Notes: generated by a model not told the origin, from the sequence alone. A stretch of 58,772 nt of DNA from Flavobacterium sp. (GCF_035343975.1 NZ_DAORAB010000002.1); one strand, 5' to 3'; numbered from the stretch's first letter, positions 46,034-56,621 are shown. Made by a program: numbers and translations.

Positions 46034-47059
46034 TTAGTTCGAATTATTATTCTTTTTCAAATCTTCTAAATCGGCCACAATCTTAGGCAGATTTCTGAAA
46101 TGAACATACGACTTATTCCAGTCGCTATAATTGAAAGAAGGAGAACCTTGCAAAACTTCGCCATCTTTAATATTTTTTCCGATTCCTGATTGTGCCTGAA
46201 TCCTGACATTATCGCCAATTATCAAATGCCCTGCAAATCCAACCTGTCCGCCAATCATACAATTTTTTCCAATTTTAGTTGAACCTGCAATTCCGGTTTG
46301 AGCAGCAATAACTGTATTTTCTCCAATTTCAACATTGTGTGCAATCTGAATTTGATTATCAAGCTTAACGCCTTTTCGGATGATTGTTGACCCCAAAGTT
46401 GCACGATCGATAGTTGTGCATGAACCAACTTCAACATCGTCTTCCAAAATTACATTTCCTATTTGTGGAACTTTACTGTATGTTCCGTCTTCCTGTGGGG
46501 CGAAACCAAATCCGTCTGAACCAATAATCGTTCCCGAATGGATTACACAATTATTCCCAATTACCGATTCTGAATAAATCCTTGCTCCGGCAAAGAAGAT
46601 GCAATCATCGCCAATTGTTACATTATCTCCAATAAATGAATTCGGATAAATCTTGACATTTTTTCCTATGGTAACATTTTTTCCTATGTAACTGAAACTG
46701 CCTAAATAAAGATGCTCACCATAAGTTACATTCTCCGAAATTACCGATGGCTGCTCTATTCCTGACTTCATCAACTTTACCTGATTGTAATATTCGAGCA
46801 GTTTTGAAAAAGACTTATAAGCATCATCAACCTTAATAAGTGTTGTTGTTAAATCATTTTCAGGAACAAAATCGGCACCGACAATCGTAATCGTTGCGGC
46901 CGTTGTATATATATAATTTGCATATTTTGGGTTAGCCAAAAATGTCAACGAACCTTCAGTTCCTTCTTCAATTTTGGCTAATTTGAACACTTCAGCATCT
47001 GGGTTTCCAACCACTTCGCCTTCAAGAATTCCCGCTATTTGTGCTGCTGTAAATTTCAT
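46034..47059 (-). CDS. lpxD: UDP-3-O-acylglucosamine N-acyltransferase
   Basis: [31 protein letters not shown]. Confidence 0.95.
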   Translation of the reverse strand: MKFTAAQIAGILEGEVVGNPDAEVFKLAKIEEGTEGSLTFLANPKYANYIYTTAATITIVGADFVPENDLTTTLIKVDDAYKSFSKLLEYYNQVKLMKSGIEQPSVISENVTYGEHLYLGSFSYIGKNVTIGKNVKIYPNSFIGDNVTIGDDCIFFAGARIYSESVIGNNCVIHSGTIIGSDGFGFAPQEDGTYSKVPQIGNVILEDDVEVGSCTTIDRATLGSTIIRKGVKLDNQIQIAHNVEIGENTVIAAQTGIAGSTKIGKNCMIGGQVGFAGHLIIGDNVRIQAQSGIGKNIKDGEVLQGSPSFNYSDWNKSYVHFRNLPKIVADLEDLKKNNNSN

Positions 47060-47087
47060 CTAATCTGAAAATTTTTTTTCATGGTCA

Positions 47088-47095
47088 CAAAAGTA
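47088..47095 (-). promoter_or_regulatory. sigma-A -7 element TACTTTTG for the lpx operon
   Basis: TAnnTTTG about 29 nt upstream of lpxD. Confidence 0.6.
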
Positions 47096-47115
47096 TGAAA
47101 AAATCGATTTTAATG

Positions 47116-48348
47116 TTAAAATTCTTCAAGTTGTTTTGGGTAACAAATGAAATACTTTGTTACCGGTTTTGACAATGCTTTTAAATTCAGTTGGTCTGAA
47201 GCCTCAACAACATCTTCAATGGTTTTGTCTTTCTTTAGAATACTGATTGGTTCCGCATCTTTGCTGTATGCCTGATTTTTGATTTTTCCTTTAAAAATAA
47301 AATACTTGGCTTCCTGTTGCGTGATGTTATGTTCTTTGGCAAAACGATTTGTCATTTCTTCGAGAACTTCAACAGGGAATTTTTCGCTGTTTAATTTGAT
47401 TTTTGATAAATCTCTGTTGATAATCATTTTGCTTAGACTTCTCAATATAAAATCTTCGTGATGCTGCCAGTTTTTCAAAGCACTAACAATATCGTAATCA
47501 TCAAGTTGTGCAAAAGTATCTAAATCATTATTTGAAAAATTTTCAAGTGTGATTTTATGCTCCATAAAGAACTTTAACGGACGGCTGCATTCTATTTCAA
47601 TACCTTTCTGAAACAATTCTTTAGCCCTCTGAAGTGTTTTGGTTAATGTCAATTCGGCTACCAGACTGGTTTTATGCAAATAGGCCTGCCAATACATTAA
47701 TCGTCGGGCCATCAGGAATTTTTCAATGGAATATATTCCCTTTTCTTCCATAACCAGAGCATCATCCACAACGTTTAACATTTGGATTAACCGGTCGGAA
47801 TTAATATTGCCTTCAGCAACACCAGAGTAAAAACTATCACGCTTCAGATAATCCATTCTATCCATATCTAATTGACTTGAAATCAATTGAAGCATAAATT
47901 TTCGATGGTATTCTCCTTTAAAAACCTCTATTGCCAGACTTAATTCTCCTTTAAAATCTTCATTGAGTTTATTCATAAACAACAATGATATTTCTTCGTG
48001 ATGAACTTCAACAATGCTATGCTCCATTGCATGGGAAAACGGACCGTGACCAATATCATGCAATAAAATAGCGACATACAAGGCATTTTCTTCCTCTTTA
48101 GAAATCGAAACTCCTTTTGTTCTCAACACTTCAACTGCTTTCTGCATCATGTGCATCGCTCCGATGGCGTGATGAAAACGCGTGTGATGCGCACCCGGAT
48201 AAACCAAATAAGACAATCCCATTTGAGTTATACGTCGCAAACGCTGAAAATAAGGGTGCTGTATTAGATCATAAATCAGCGTATTCGGAATGGTAATAAA
48301 ACCATAAATTGGATCGTTGAATATTTTTAGTTTGTTGGTATTGCTCAC
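47116..48348 (-). CDS. HD-domain phosphohydrolase (SAMHD1/dNTPase-like)
   Basis: FQRLRRITQ, HTRFHH, LLHDIGHGPFSH, DMDRMDYL; GTG start. Confidence 0.9.
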   Translation of the reverse strand: MSNTNKLKIFNDPIYGFITIPNTLIYDLIQHPYFQRLRRITQMGLSYLVYPGAHHTRFHHAIGAMHMMQKAVEVLRTKGVSISKEEENALYVAILLHDIGHGPFSHAMEHSIVEVHHEEISLLFMNKLNEDFKGELSLAIEVFKGEYHRKFMLQLISSQLDMDRMDYLKRDSFYSGVAEGNINSDRLIQMLNVVDDALVMEEKGIYSIEKFLMARRLMYWQAYLHKTSLVAELTLTKTLQRAKELFQKGIEIECSRPLKFFMEHKITLENFSNNDLDTFAQLDDYDIVSALKNWQHHEDFILRSLSKMIINRDLSKIKLNSEKFPVEVLEEMTNRFAKEHNITQQEAKYFIFKGKIKNQAYSKDAEPISILKKDKTIEDVVEASDQLNLKALSKPVTKYFICYPKQLEEF

Positions 48349-48378
48349 TGTTTAGTCAATTTTAGTAAAGATAAACAT

Positions 48379-50040
48379 TTATGCTAATGCCTTAAAATAG
48401 TTTGACAACAGAATATCATTTTCCTTTGTTGGCGTGAAAACTTCCAATATCATTGGTTTGTCGTTTTGATCAAATAGTTTTGTCATACTTTCCTGCAATG
48501 AATTTTTATCACTTGCAATCAGATAATCAAACTGAAACATTTTGGCCAAATGTTCAGCTGTCAGGCAATGTGAAGTTTCAAAATAGGTGTTGAATGTTTC
48601 CGTTTCCTGATGTCCAGGCAATATCCTGAAGATACCTCCTCCTCCATTATTAATCAAAATGATTTTGAAATTTTTTGGAATGTAATTATTCCAAAGCGCA
48701 TTGCTGTCATAGAAAAAACCAACATCTCCTGTAATGAGAACCGTTGGTTTTTTACTTCCGACGGCAGCACCAATCGCAGTAGAAGTACTTCCGTCTATTC
48801 CGCTGGTTCCTCTGTTGCAGAAAACTTGAATTGTTGAATTGATATCAAATAATTGTGTATAGCGAATAGCTGAACTATTGCTGACTTGCAACTGAATTTC
48901 GGTTGGAAGCGCTGAAAGAATAATTTCAAATGCTTTTAAATCTGAAAATTTGACTTTTGAAAGATAGGCTGCGTGTTTCTTTTTCCGGTATTTCTGTATA
49001 TCCAGAAATCTTGCCTTATAATCGCTGTCGGTTGGTTTTATAAAAGGCAGGAACTGTGAGAAAAACTGATTTGGTTCGACCTGAAAATGCTTTGTAAGGA
49101 TTCCGAATGTATCATAAGCCCGCTGTTCATCAATATGCCAGTGATGTCTTGGTTTGTATTTTCTTAGGAAAGCTTTTATTCTTTTTGAAACGATCATCCC
49201 ACCAAATGTGATTAAGATTCTTGGCTGCAATTCTAAAAAATCAGCATTCGAAAAGGTGGTAATTAGCGAATCTATATTGTTGATGAAAGTCGGATTGTGA
49301 ATGTTTGAAGTTGTTTCAGTCATTACTACAACTGAAGGCAAAGCTGCTAATTTTTCGAGCCATTCTTCTTCAATAGAGTTTGGAGCGCATTCACCAACCA
49401 AAACTAAAATCCTCGTGCTGTGATTCCATAAAGTGGTATAAGCAATAATATCATCAACACTCACCGATTCATGAACAATATTTAAAGCAGTAACATTAAA
49501 ATCTACCGAAAGTTTATTGGTCGTTTCATACAATGGTTCTTCAAAAGGAACATTAATATGAACCGGACCTTTTCGGGCTATAGCCACGTTGATGGCTTCG
49601 TTGATAAATACATCATTCAATTCGGAAGCTGTTTCTGTTAGATTTGCATTGTATAAAGAATGATTGATAAAAACATTTTCCTGACGAATGGTCTGACCGT
49701 CACCAATATCTATTTTATCTGCAGGTCTGTCGGCAGAAATAACAATAAACGGAATCTGGCTGTAAAATGCCTCCGCTAAAGCCGGATAATAATTTAACAA
49801 TGCTGATCCCGATGTACAAACAACAGCCACTGGTTTCTTTGTCTGCTGGGCTATTCCCAGAGCAAAAAAGGCGGCACAACGTTCATCGGCAATACTGTAG
49901 CAGTTGAACTTTGGATTGTTTGTAAATCCAATAGTGAGTGGTGCATTTCTGGAACCCGGTGAAATTATGATATCTTGAACTCCTTTGGCATTACATATTT
50001 CGATGATGCTTTGCGCTAAAGGTATTTTAGGGTAAATCAT
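48379..50040 (-). CDS. menD: SEPHCHC synthase (menaquinone biosynthesis)
   Basis: SPGSRNAPL, DERCAAF, CTSGSA, NRGTSGIDG, GDVGF...NNGGGGIF. Confidence 0.95.
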   Translation of the reverse strand: MIYPKIPLAQSIIEICNAKGVQDIIISPGSRNAPLTIGFTNNPKFNCYSIADERCAAFFALGIAQQTKKPVAVVCTSGSALLNYYPALAEAFYSQIPFIVISADRPADKIDIGDGQTIRQENVFINHSLYNANLTETASELNDVFINEAINVAIARKGPVHINVPFEEPLYETTNKLSVDFNVTALNIVHESVSVDDIIAYTTLWNHSTRILVLVGECAPNSIEEEWLEKLAALPSVVVMTETTSNIHNPTFINNIDSLITTFSNADFLELQPRILITFGGMIVSKRIKAFLRKYKPRHHWHIDEQRAYDTFGILTKHFQVEPNQFFSQFLPFIKPTDSDYKARFLDIQKYRKKKHAAYLSKVKFSDLKAFEIILSALPTEIQLQVSNSSAIRYTQLFDINSTIQVFCNRGTSGIDGSTSTAIGAAVGSKKPTVLITGDVGFFYDSNALWNNYIPKNFKIILINNGGGGIFRILPGHQETETFNTYFETSHCLTAEHLAKMFQFDYLIASDKNSLQESMTKLFDQNDKPMILEVFTPTKENDILLSNYFKALA

Positions 50041-50059
50041 TGTTGATGCTTAGGGAAGA

Positions 50060-50067
50060 CAAATATA
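50060..50067 (-). promoter_or_regulatory. sigma-A -7 element TATATTTG for menD
   Basis: TAnnTTTG about 20 nt upstream of the ATG. Confidence 0.6.
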
Positions 50068-50146
50068 CAAAGAAATGTCATTTAAAAAGCTATCATTTTA
50101 ACCCGAAAATTAGAGAAAATTAGTTCTTTTTAATACTTTTGAAATC

Positions 50147-50644
50147 ATGGAAATCAATATCAGACCTTATCATCCAAAGGATGTCGAAGCAATAGTTGCT
50201 ATTCTCAATTATTATATTGCAAATTCAACTGCATTATATGATTATGAGCCACGGACTTTTGAGCAGCAACAAGCTATTCTTGAAGAGAAACTTAAGAAAG
50301 GTTTTCCGGTTATCGTTGCAACTATCGACGAGAGAGTCGTTGGTTTTGGTTATTATAGTGAATTCCGTTTTCGGGAAGCTTATAAATACACCGTTGAACA
50401 TTCGGTTTACGTAATGCCAAATGAACACGGAAAAGGTATTGGTAAAGTAGTAATTCAGAATTTAATTCGTCTGGCGAAAGAGCAAAGACTCCACACTATG
50501 ATTGGTGTTATTGATTCTGAGAACGAAAGCAGCATTGCTTTTCATGAGCACTTTGGTTTTAAAACCGTTGGCATCATTAAGGAAAGTGGATTTAAGTTTG
50601 ACCGTTGGCTGCATAGTGTCATTATGCAGTTAATGCTAGATTAA
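50147..50644 (+). CDS. GNAT acetyltransferase (Pat/MnaT-like)
   Basis: FRFREAYKYTVEHSVYV, HGKGIG, NESSIAFH, GFKFDRW; TACTTTTG at 50134-50141 suggests a near-leaderless mRNA. Confidence 0.9.
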   Translation: MEINIRPYHPKDVEAIVAILNYYIANSTALYDYEPRTFEQQQAILEEKLKKGFPVIVATIDERVVGFGYYSEFRFREAYKYTVEHSVYVMPNEHGKGIGKVVIQNLIRLAKEQRLHTMIGVIDSENESSIAFHEHFGFKTVGIIKESGFKFDRWLHSVIMQLMLD

Positions 50645-51015
50645 ATTATATCAATCCCATTTTCTTCAAGTATTCCTAAAAGATATTCGCTCTGACTTGG
50701 ATTATATTTTTCAATTCCACTTTGATACCATTTGGATATAACGTCAATTTGAAAAGCTGTATAACCGTCATCGTTGATGCTGATTCCGAGCATTCCGGCT
50801 AACAAAAAATCTTCGAGAACTTTGTTGGTCACAATCAATTTAGGAATGCCATGGATAATTTTACCATTCAATCTTTCGTATTCAGACCTTCCCAGATCAA
50901 ACCCGGTATTGTAAGCATTGCTTTTATTTTCAAGTGCATTGAGATATGGATTTAAACCACTGGCATAACCTTTCAAATAGTCCTGTCTGTATACTGGGTT
51001 AAATATATTATTCAT
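50641..51015 (-). CDS. Hypothetical protein
   Basis: 124-aa ORF with ATG start and repeated YxxG(Y/F)xxG segments. Confidence 0.65.
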   Translation of the reverse strand: MNNIFNPVYRQDYLKGYASGLNPYLNALENKSNAYNTGFDLGRSEYERLNGKIIHGIPKLIVTNKVLEDFLLAGMLGISINDDGYTAFQIDVISKWYQSGIEKYNPSQSEYLLGILEENGIDII

Positions 51016-51152
51016 CGAAATTTTTTTGTGGCGTTAGATATTTGATATGTCAAACCTAATAACAATATTTTACTTGTAATATTAAAATCGTTGAAAGGGC
51101 TAAAAACTCTTCAAACCACACCACGAGTGACGTTCGTCGATGGAATTAAAGC

Positions 51153-51182
51153 AAAAAGCCTGATGAAATCTCATCAGGCTTT
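51153..51182 (-). terminator. Intrinsic terminator of the glutathione peroxidase gene
   Basis: AAAAAGCCTGATGA-AATC-TCATCAGGCTTT. Confidence 0.8.
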
Positions 51183-51205
51183 ACTATGTTTTCAGGATTT
51201 AAATC

Positions 51206-51790
51206 TTATTTCCCGTTGATCCAACCGACAATTTCTGTATCCGTTGGCAATGTTCTTGGTGATAATACTTTTACCAATCTGCCTTGCTCATTAATTAAAT
51301 ATTTCTGGAAATTCCATTCAACTTCGCTATCCTGCAGACCATTTTTACTTTTTTGTGTCAGGAATTTGTAAACCGCGTTCATATCATTTCCTTTTACTGA
51401 AATTTTACTCATCATAGGAAAAGTAACTCCATAATTCATCTGACAAAAATGGGCAATCTGCTCATTGCTTCCCGGTTCCTGAGCTCCAAAATTGTTAGCA
51501 GGGAATCCAACGATTACAAAGTTTTTATCTTTATATTTTTCATAAATAGCTTCTAAGTCTTTATACTGAGGTGTTAAACCACATTCTGATGCCGTGTTGA
51601 CCACTAATATCTTTTTCCCTTTTAATGAAGCAAAGTCAAAATCTTTGCCATATAAATCTTTTACTTTGAATTGATAGATAGTTTCGGTTGAAACCGGTGT
51701 TTGTGTTTCCATTTTCTTTTTATTGTTTTGCGCCTGATTCTGGCAGGTAAATAGTATTGAAATTGTTAGTATTAATATGGCTTTTTTCAT
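51206..51790 (-). CDS. Glutathione peroxidase family protein with export signal
   Basis: VNTASECG, GFPANNFGAQEP, WNFQKYL. Confidence 0.95.
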   Translation of the reverse strand: MKKAILILTISILFTCQNQAQNNKKKMETQTPVSTETIYQFKVKDLYGKDFDFASLKGKKILVVNTASECGLTPQYKDLEAIYEKYKDKNFVIVGFPANNFGAQEPGSNEQIAHFCQMNYGVTFPMMSKISVKGNDMNAVYKFLTQKSKNGLQDSEVEWNFQKYLINEQGRLVKVLSPRTLPTDTEIVGWINGK

Positions 51791-51860
51791 GATTATTTTT
51801 TTATAAAATTAAACATTATTTCAGCAGTTAGTGTTATACAATTGCTAAAATTTACTAAAC

Positions 51861-51893
51861 AAAAAGTCCGGCGACTAAATCAATCGCCGGACT
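51861..51893 (-). terminator. Orphan intrinsic terminator on the minus strand
   Basis: AGTCCGGCGA...TCGCCGGACT-TTTT with no minus-strand CDS upstream. Confidence 0.8.
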
Positions 51894-51970
51894 CCTAACA
51901 AAACATGATAGAAATATATTTCCATCAACCAAAACCCTGAAAGAACTTTTCCATAGCAGATTCTTCCGAA
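51861..51970 (-). ncRNA. Candidate ECF-dependent small RNA (~110 nt)
   Basis: ECF-like promoter upstream, two internal hairpins, U/G-rich linkers and a terminator. Confidence 0.5.
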
Positions 51971-51976
51971 CTTATA

Positions 51977-52002
51977 TACGAAATGAGGATAAATTTGGTT
52001 TC
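51977..52002 (-). promoter_or_regulatory. Putative ECF promoter GAAACC-N16-CGTA
   Basis: AAC/CGT core boxes at typical ECF spacing, divergent from an ECF sigma gene. Confidence 0.55.
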
Positions 52003-52071
52003 CTGCTTATTTTTAATTCATTTGTTAAATTTTACAATAGTTTATTTAACTTTACACTAAATGTTTTCGAT

Positions 52072-52602
52072 ATGACACAAGAAGAATTATTACCGTTGCT
52101 CTTAAGAAAAGAAGAAAGAGCCTTTACTCTGTTATATGATATGTATTCCAAAAGTCTTTTTAGTGTTATTACTAACCTAATAAAAGACCACGAAGAAGCC
52201 GAAGATGTGCTTCAGGAAGTTTTTGTAAAGATTTGGAAAAACATCGAAACCTATAATCAAAGTAAAGGAAGATTATATACTTGGATGCTGAATATCACAA
52301 GAAATGCCGCAATTGATAAACTGCGCTCCAAAGGTTATAACAACAGTCAAAAAAACCTATCATCAGACAATTTCGTACATCTGTTGGATGACAGTAATAA
52401 GCTAACAAATAGAATTGACAGCATTGGATTACGAGAGTTTGTAAACAAACTAAAACCAAAATGCATTCAGTTAATCGATTTATTGTTCTTCAAAGGATTT
52501 ACCCAGCAGGAAGCATCGGAAGAATTGTCAATTCCGCTTGGAACTGTTAAGACCCAAAACAGAATGTGCATGAACGACCTACGAAACTTTTTAAAAATAT
52601 AA
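52072..52602 (+). CDS. ECF sigma factor (SigK-like)
   Basis: AEDVLQEVF, YTWMLNITRNAAID, IPLGTVKT. Confidence 0.95.
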   Translation: MTQEELLPLLLRKEERAFTLLYDMYSKSLFSVITNLIKDHEEAEDVLQEVFVKIWKNIETYNQSKGRLYTWMLNITRNAAIDKLRSKGYNNSQKNLSSDNFVHLLDDSNKLTNRIDSIGLREFVNKLKPKCIQLIDLLFFKGFTQQEASEELSIPLGTVKTQNRMCMNDLRNFLKI

Positions 52603-53390
52603 TGGAAGCTAAAGAATTTATCGAATCAGGAATATTAGAACTTTATGTCTATGGTTTGCTTTCGGAATCAGAAAATGACGAAGTAAATGCAATGTCCAAT
52701 AAAAATCCTGAAGTCAAAGCAGAGATAATCGCCATAGAAAAAGCAATCATAAATTTATCAAGCAGCTTCTCACCTTTTATTTCTCATAGTCAGTTTGAAA
52801 AAATCAAAGCACAGCTTGAGCTTAAACATGGTAAGGTTGTATCGATTAAATCAGGAAGCAATTGGTCGAGTTATATTGGCTGGGCAGCATCTGTAGCATT
52901 ACTGATTGGAATTGGATTTCAATATTCAAAGTTGAATGAAAGAAGTAATCAAATAAAATCCATTCAAACAGAAAAATCAAAACTTCAGGAAACAGTAGTT
53001 GATTTGGAAACTAAAAATAAGGAAACTGAAACTATTCTGAATGTTGTCCGTGATGAAACTAATACAGTTGTTACTCTTGCGGGACAAGCTGCTGCTCCAA
53101 CTGCTAAAGCCAAAATCTACTGGAACAAACAAACTCAGGTCGTTTACGTTGATGCCAGCGGATTGCCAACTCCACCGGAAGGAAAAGAGTATCAAATTTG
53201 GTCTTTAAAATTACAGCCACAATTAACGCCGACGAGCATTGGAATGTTAACCAATTTCAAAGCCAATACAAGTAAAGTATTTGCTGTTGAAAAAACCGGC
53301 GATGCTGAAGCATTCGGTATAACGTTAGAACCTGCGGGCGGAAGCAAATCGCCAACAATGGATCAATTATATACTTTGGGGAAAGTCTAA
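52602..53390 (+). CDS. RskA-like anti-sigma factor
   Basis: ESGILELYV N-terminus, TM, coiled coil, YQIW and AFGITLEPAGGSKSPT; TAATG coupling to the sigma gene. Confidence 0.9.
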   Translation: MEAKEFIESGILELYVYGLLSESENDEVNAMSNKNPEVKAEIIAIEKAIINLSSSFSPFISHSQFEKIKAQLELKHGKVVSIKSGSNWSSYIGWAASVALLIGIGFQYSKLNERSNQIKSIQTEKSKLQETVVDLETKNKETETILNVVRDETNTVVTLAGQAAAPTAKAKIYWNKQTQVVYVDASGLPTPPEGKEYQIWSLKLQPQLTPTSIGMLTNFKANTSKVFAVEKTGDAEAFGITLEPAGGSKSPTMDQLYTLGKV

Positions 53391-53422
53391 ATCTCCAGTG
53401 TCAAATAAAATAATGATTAAAG

Positions 53423-53452
53423 AAAAAGTCCCGGCGAAAACCGGGACTTTTT
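53423..53452. terminator. Bidirectional intrinsic terminator
   Basis: AAAAAGTCCCGG-CGAAAA-CCGGGACTTTTT. Confidence 0.85.
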
Positions 53453-56400
53453 TATCTCTTTTTATAATACTTTCGATACTTTGGATACGATAAAGCTCCT
53501 ATCAAACTAATCACAGCAATTGAGATCCAAATCCAGCTCAGTGATTTTGCTTCACCACTTGCATAGGAATGCAGTCCAACCAAATGGAAATTCACGCCGT
53601 AATACGTAAACAAAATCGAAAGGAAAGCGTACATCGCCATCAGGTTGAAGAACCATTTGTTTCGCAGTGCCGGTACAAAACGCGCGTGTATTACAAAAGC
53701 ATAAACCATGATGCTAATCAAAGCCCAAGTTTCTTTTGGGTCCCAGCCCCAGTATCTTCCCCAGCTTTCATTTGCCCATTGACCTCCCAAAAAGTTACCA
53801 ATGGTAAGCATCACCAGACCTATTGTCAGCGACATTTCACAAATTATTGTCACTTCTTTTATGTTTAGTTCCATTCTGGTTTTGTTGTTTTTGTTGGTAA
53901 AGAATATCAGCAGTAATGAAACAAAACCTAAAATCATTCCCAAAGCAAAAGGACCATAACTTGCCACAATAACCGCCACATGAATCATTAACCAGTATGA
54001 ATTTAAAACGGGTTGCAAATTCGCGATCTCAGGGTCAATCCAGTTGGCGTAGGCTGCAGTCAATATCATAGCGGTTACAAAGGCAGAAGATGCAACGGTT
54101 AGTTTTGATTTTCTGTCAAACGCTAATCCAAAGAACATCGTCGACCAGGCGACATATACAATCGCTTCATAAGCATTACTCCATGGTGCGTGACCCGAAA
54201 TGTACCATCTAAAAATTAATGCCGTAGTATGCAAAGCAAACAGTAATCCTACGACCAGATGCAATCCGTTGATGGCAATTCTCAACGCTTTCTTGTCAGT
54301 GAAAATCTGAATTATTACCAAAACAAACATTAATGCTGCAACGCCTAAGTACCAATAAGGCAACTTTTGCAATACATCGTATTTGTTATAGAGAATTTCA
54401 TAATCTATCTTTTTATCAGATGGGCGTACTGCTTTACCAAATTTCTTCTGATAATTCTCCATACCCAGTAAAATGGAATTGGCAAAAGTATAATTATGAG
54501 TTTCGGAGGCTTTCCGTAATTCATCAAGGTAAACCGGTAAGGCATTTTTAATGATGTCTAAGCCAGTTCCTGTTGGATGCTCAATCTCTAAATAAGACAC
54601 CCACTTATTGTTTTTGTCATTCGGAATCGGGAAAATCCTTAAAATCTTTCCGCTTAAAGCCGAGTTTAAAAGATTGACTTTCTTATCAGTTTCAACAAAA
54701 TCTTTCTCAAACTGATTTGGATTTGCCGCTTTGTAAGCGTCATCCAAATAAGGCGCCAGTTTGTAGTTTCCTCTGTCGTCAAAACACGAACGGAAGGTAG
54801 CATATTTAGCATCAGATGGAATTCCCAATATTTTTCGGATGCTGTCATTACCGCTTTTGATATAAATCAGCGGCGTCTCAAACCAAACAGTCGGAAATTG
54901 CGTCATCGAAATAAACGCCTGATCGGAATTCATGTCGTTGTAAGTGTCTTTATGACTTACCTTTCTCAGCAATTCTGAAGAAAAGGTATTGATAGGTTTC
55001 ATTCTTCCCCCTTCATCCTGGATAACCAATCGACCAAATTTATCGGCGTATTTTTCTGGCACCTTGTACTTAGTCAGGATAGAATCTATTTGTTTTTGTG
55101 TTGGCAAACCATTAGTATGTCCATGGTTCTGGGTATATCCGTTAAACGAAATAAACAGAATTATGATTGCTGATAGCTTCGCTTTTTTCTTTTTAATGTT
55201 TTCCAGTTTGCGTTTCAAATCGGCAAAACGGGTATTCTTAACAAATAGGATTGCCATCAGACAGAAAAACAACATGAAATAACCAATATACGTAATCGTC
55301 GTTCCCCAGAAATCATGATTTACTGATAAGACTGTCCCTTTTTCATCTGGGTCAAATGACGCTTGAAAGAAACGATAACCTTTATGATCGAGAATGTGGT
55401 TCATATAAATCCGTGCCTCTTTTTTCCCTGTGGAATCTATAACTGTGACTTTGCTTTCAAAAGAGGAGAAACTCTTTTCGGTTCCCGGATATTTCTGCGC
55501 AATAAAATCATTAAGTTTTATACTAAAAGGTAGAGTATAAACTTTACTTCCGTAACTTAATGTGAATTCGAGTTTGCCTAATTTAACAATCTTTGGTTCA
55601 CCTTGTTTTCCTTTTGAGCCCACAAGTGTAACTTCCTGTTCTTTTCCTCCGGTTTTAACAACTAAGGTAATAGCATCATCACCGTTTTTGGCTTTAAAAT
55701 TACCACTTGGTTCGAAAGTTTTAAAACCTTTTTTAGGTTGATCAGGAATTACAAACTGTGCGTTGCCAATATTATACAACGAGCGATACATCAATGGTTG
55801 AACAGAATCTTTTGTTACTTTCCCCTGAAGTTTATCAGCCATTCTCATGAATTGCCCATCAAACGGAGACGTAATCGTATTTGCTTTGGTATCGATATTA
55901 ATGGCACCTTTGGTTGGTTTATCTACCGCAAAAAGAATGTTGTGAATGTCCTGAATTTCGCCTTCCTTAAGCATGTGTTCGTGTCTTGTGCCACCACCCG
56001 ATTCAACTAACTTCAAATAAACATCACCTCTGTCATTTTCCTTGATAGTTTCTTTGGCATCGAGAACAAAGTTTTTATATTCAATTTCAAACGGAATATC
56101 AGCAAAATTTTCGTCGATCGAAAAATGATTGTTGGTAACAGGTGAAAGCAAAAGCGGTTTTTCAAAAATTCTTCGCTTTAATTCGCCTTCATACATGCCA
56201 TCCACGAAAACAGTAAGATAATTTTTCTCTGAAAAAAACTGATTGGAAGTCGCACCTTCGCGAATAGGCATCATGCCTTCATAACTAATATATCTTGTTA
56301 TGAACGCTCCAAAGATTATGAAGATAAATGCCAAATGCAGTAAAAGTGTTGCCCATTTTTCTTTTTTATATAATTGATAGCGTTTAATGTTTCCAATGAA

Positions 56401-56583
56401 ATTAATCATGAACAACAACATGATTCCTTCAAACCACCAGGAATTATAAATCCAAATTCTTGCTGTATCGGTATTGTATTTACTTTCTATGAATGTTCCG
56501 GTAGCCATTGCAATTGCAAAACCAAGAAACAAAATCGCCATTAATCGTGTAGAGAATAAAATGGAGTATATTTTTTTTTCCAT
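53452..56583 (-). CDS. ccsA: System II cytochrome c synthase, CcsB-CcsA fusion
   Basis: ResB-like N-half, WLMIHV, WWD motif WGRYWGWDPKETW, GLHSY. Confidence 0.93.
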   Translation of the reverse strand: MEKKIYSILFSTRLMAILFLGFAIAMATGTFIESKYNTDTARIWIYNSWWFEGIMLLFMINFIGNIKRYQLYKKEKWATLLLHLAFIFIIFGAFITRYISYEGMMPIREGATSNQFFSEKNYLTVFVDGMYEGELKRRIFEKPLLLSPVTNNHFSIDENFADIPFEIEYKNFVLDAKETIKENDRGDVYLKLVESGGGTRHEHMLKEGEIQDIHNILFAVDKPTKGAINIDTKANTITSPFDGQFMRMADKLQGKVTKDSVQPLMYRSLYNIGNAQFVIPDQPKKGFKTFEPSGNFKAKNGDDAITLVVKTGGKEQEVTLVGSKGKQGEPKIVKLGKLEFTLSYGSKVYTLPFSIKLNDFIAQKYPGTEKSFSSFESKVTVIDSTGKKEARIYMNHILDHKGYRFFQASFDPDEKGTVLSVNHDFWGTTITYIGYFMLFFCLMAILFVKNTRFADLKRKLENIKKKKAKLSAIIILFISFNGYTQNHGHTNGLPTQKQIDSILTKYKVPEKYADKFGRLVIQDEGGRMKPINTFSSELLRKVSHKDTYNDMNSDQAFISMTQFPTVWFETPLIYIKSGNDSIRKILGIPSDAKYATFRSCFDDRGNYKLAPYLDDAYKAANPNQFEKDFVETDKKVNLLNSALSGKILRIFPIPNDKNNKWVSYLEIEHPTGTGLDIIKNALPVYLDELRKASETHNYTFANSILLGMENYQKKFGKAVRPSDKKIDYEILYNKYDVLQKLPYWYLGVAALMFVLVIIQIFTDKKALRIAINGLHLVVGLLFALHTTALIFRWYISGHAPWSNAYEAIVYVAWSTMFFGLAFDRKSKLTVASSAFVTAMILTAAYANWIDPEIANLQPVLNSYWLMIHVAVIVASYGPFALGMILGFVSLLLIFFTNKNNKTRMELNIKEVTIICEMSLTIGLVMLTIGNFLGGQWANESWGRYWGWDPKETWALISIMVYAFVIHARFVPALRNKWFFNLMAMYAFLSILFTYYGVNFHLVGLHSYASGEAKSLSWIWISIAVISLIGALSYPKYRKYYKKR

Positions 56584-56613
56584 AAGTTGGAATGCTATTT
56601 TTAAAAAGTGCTA

Positions 56614-56621
56614 CAAAAATA
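56614..56621 (-). promoter_or_regulatory. sigma-A -7 element TATTTTTG for ccsBA
   Basis: TAnnTTTG about 30 nt upstream of the ATG. Confidence 0.6.
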
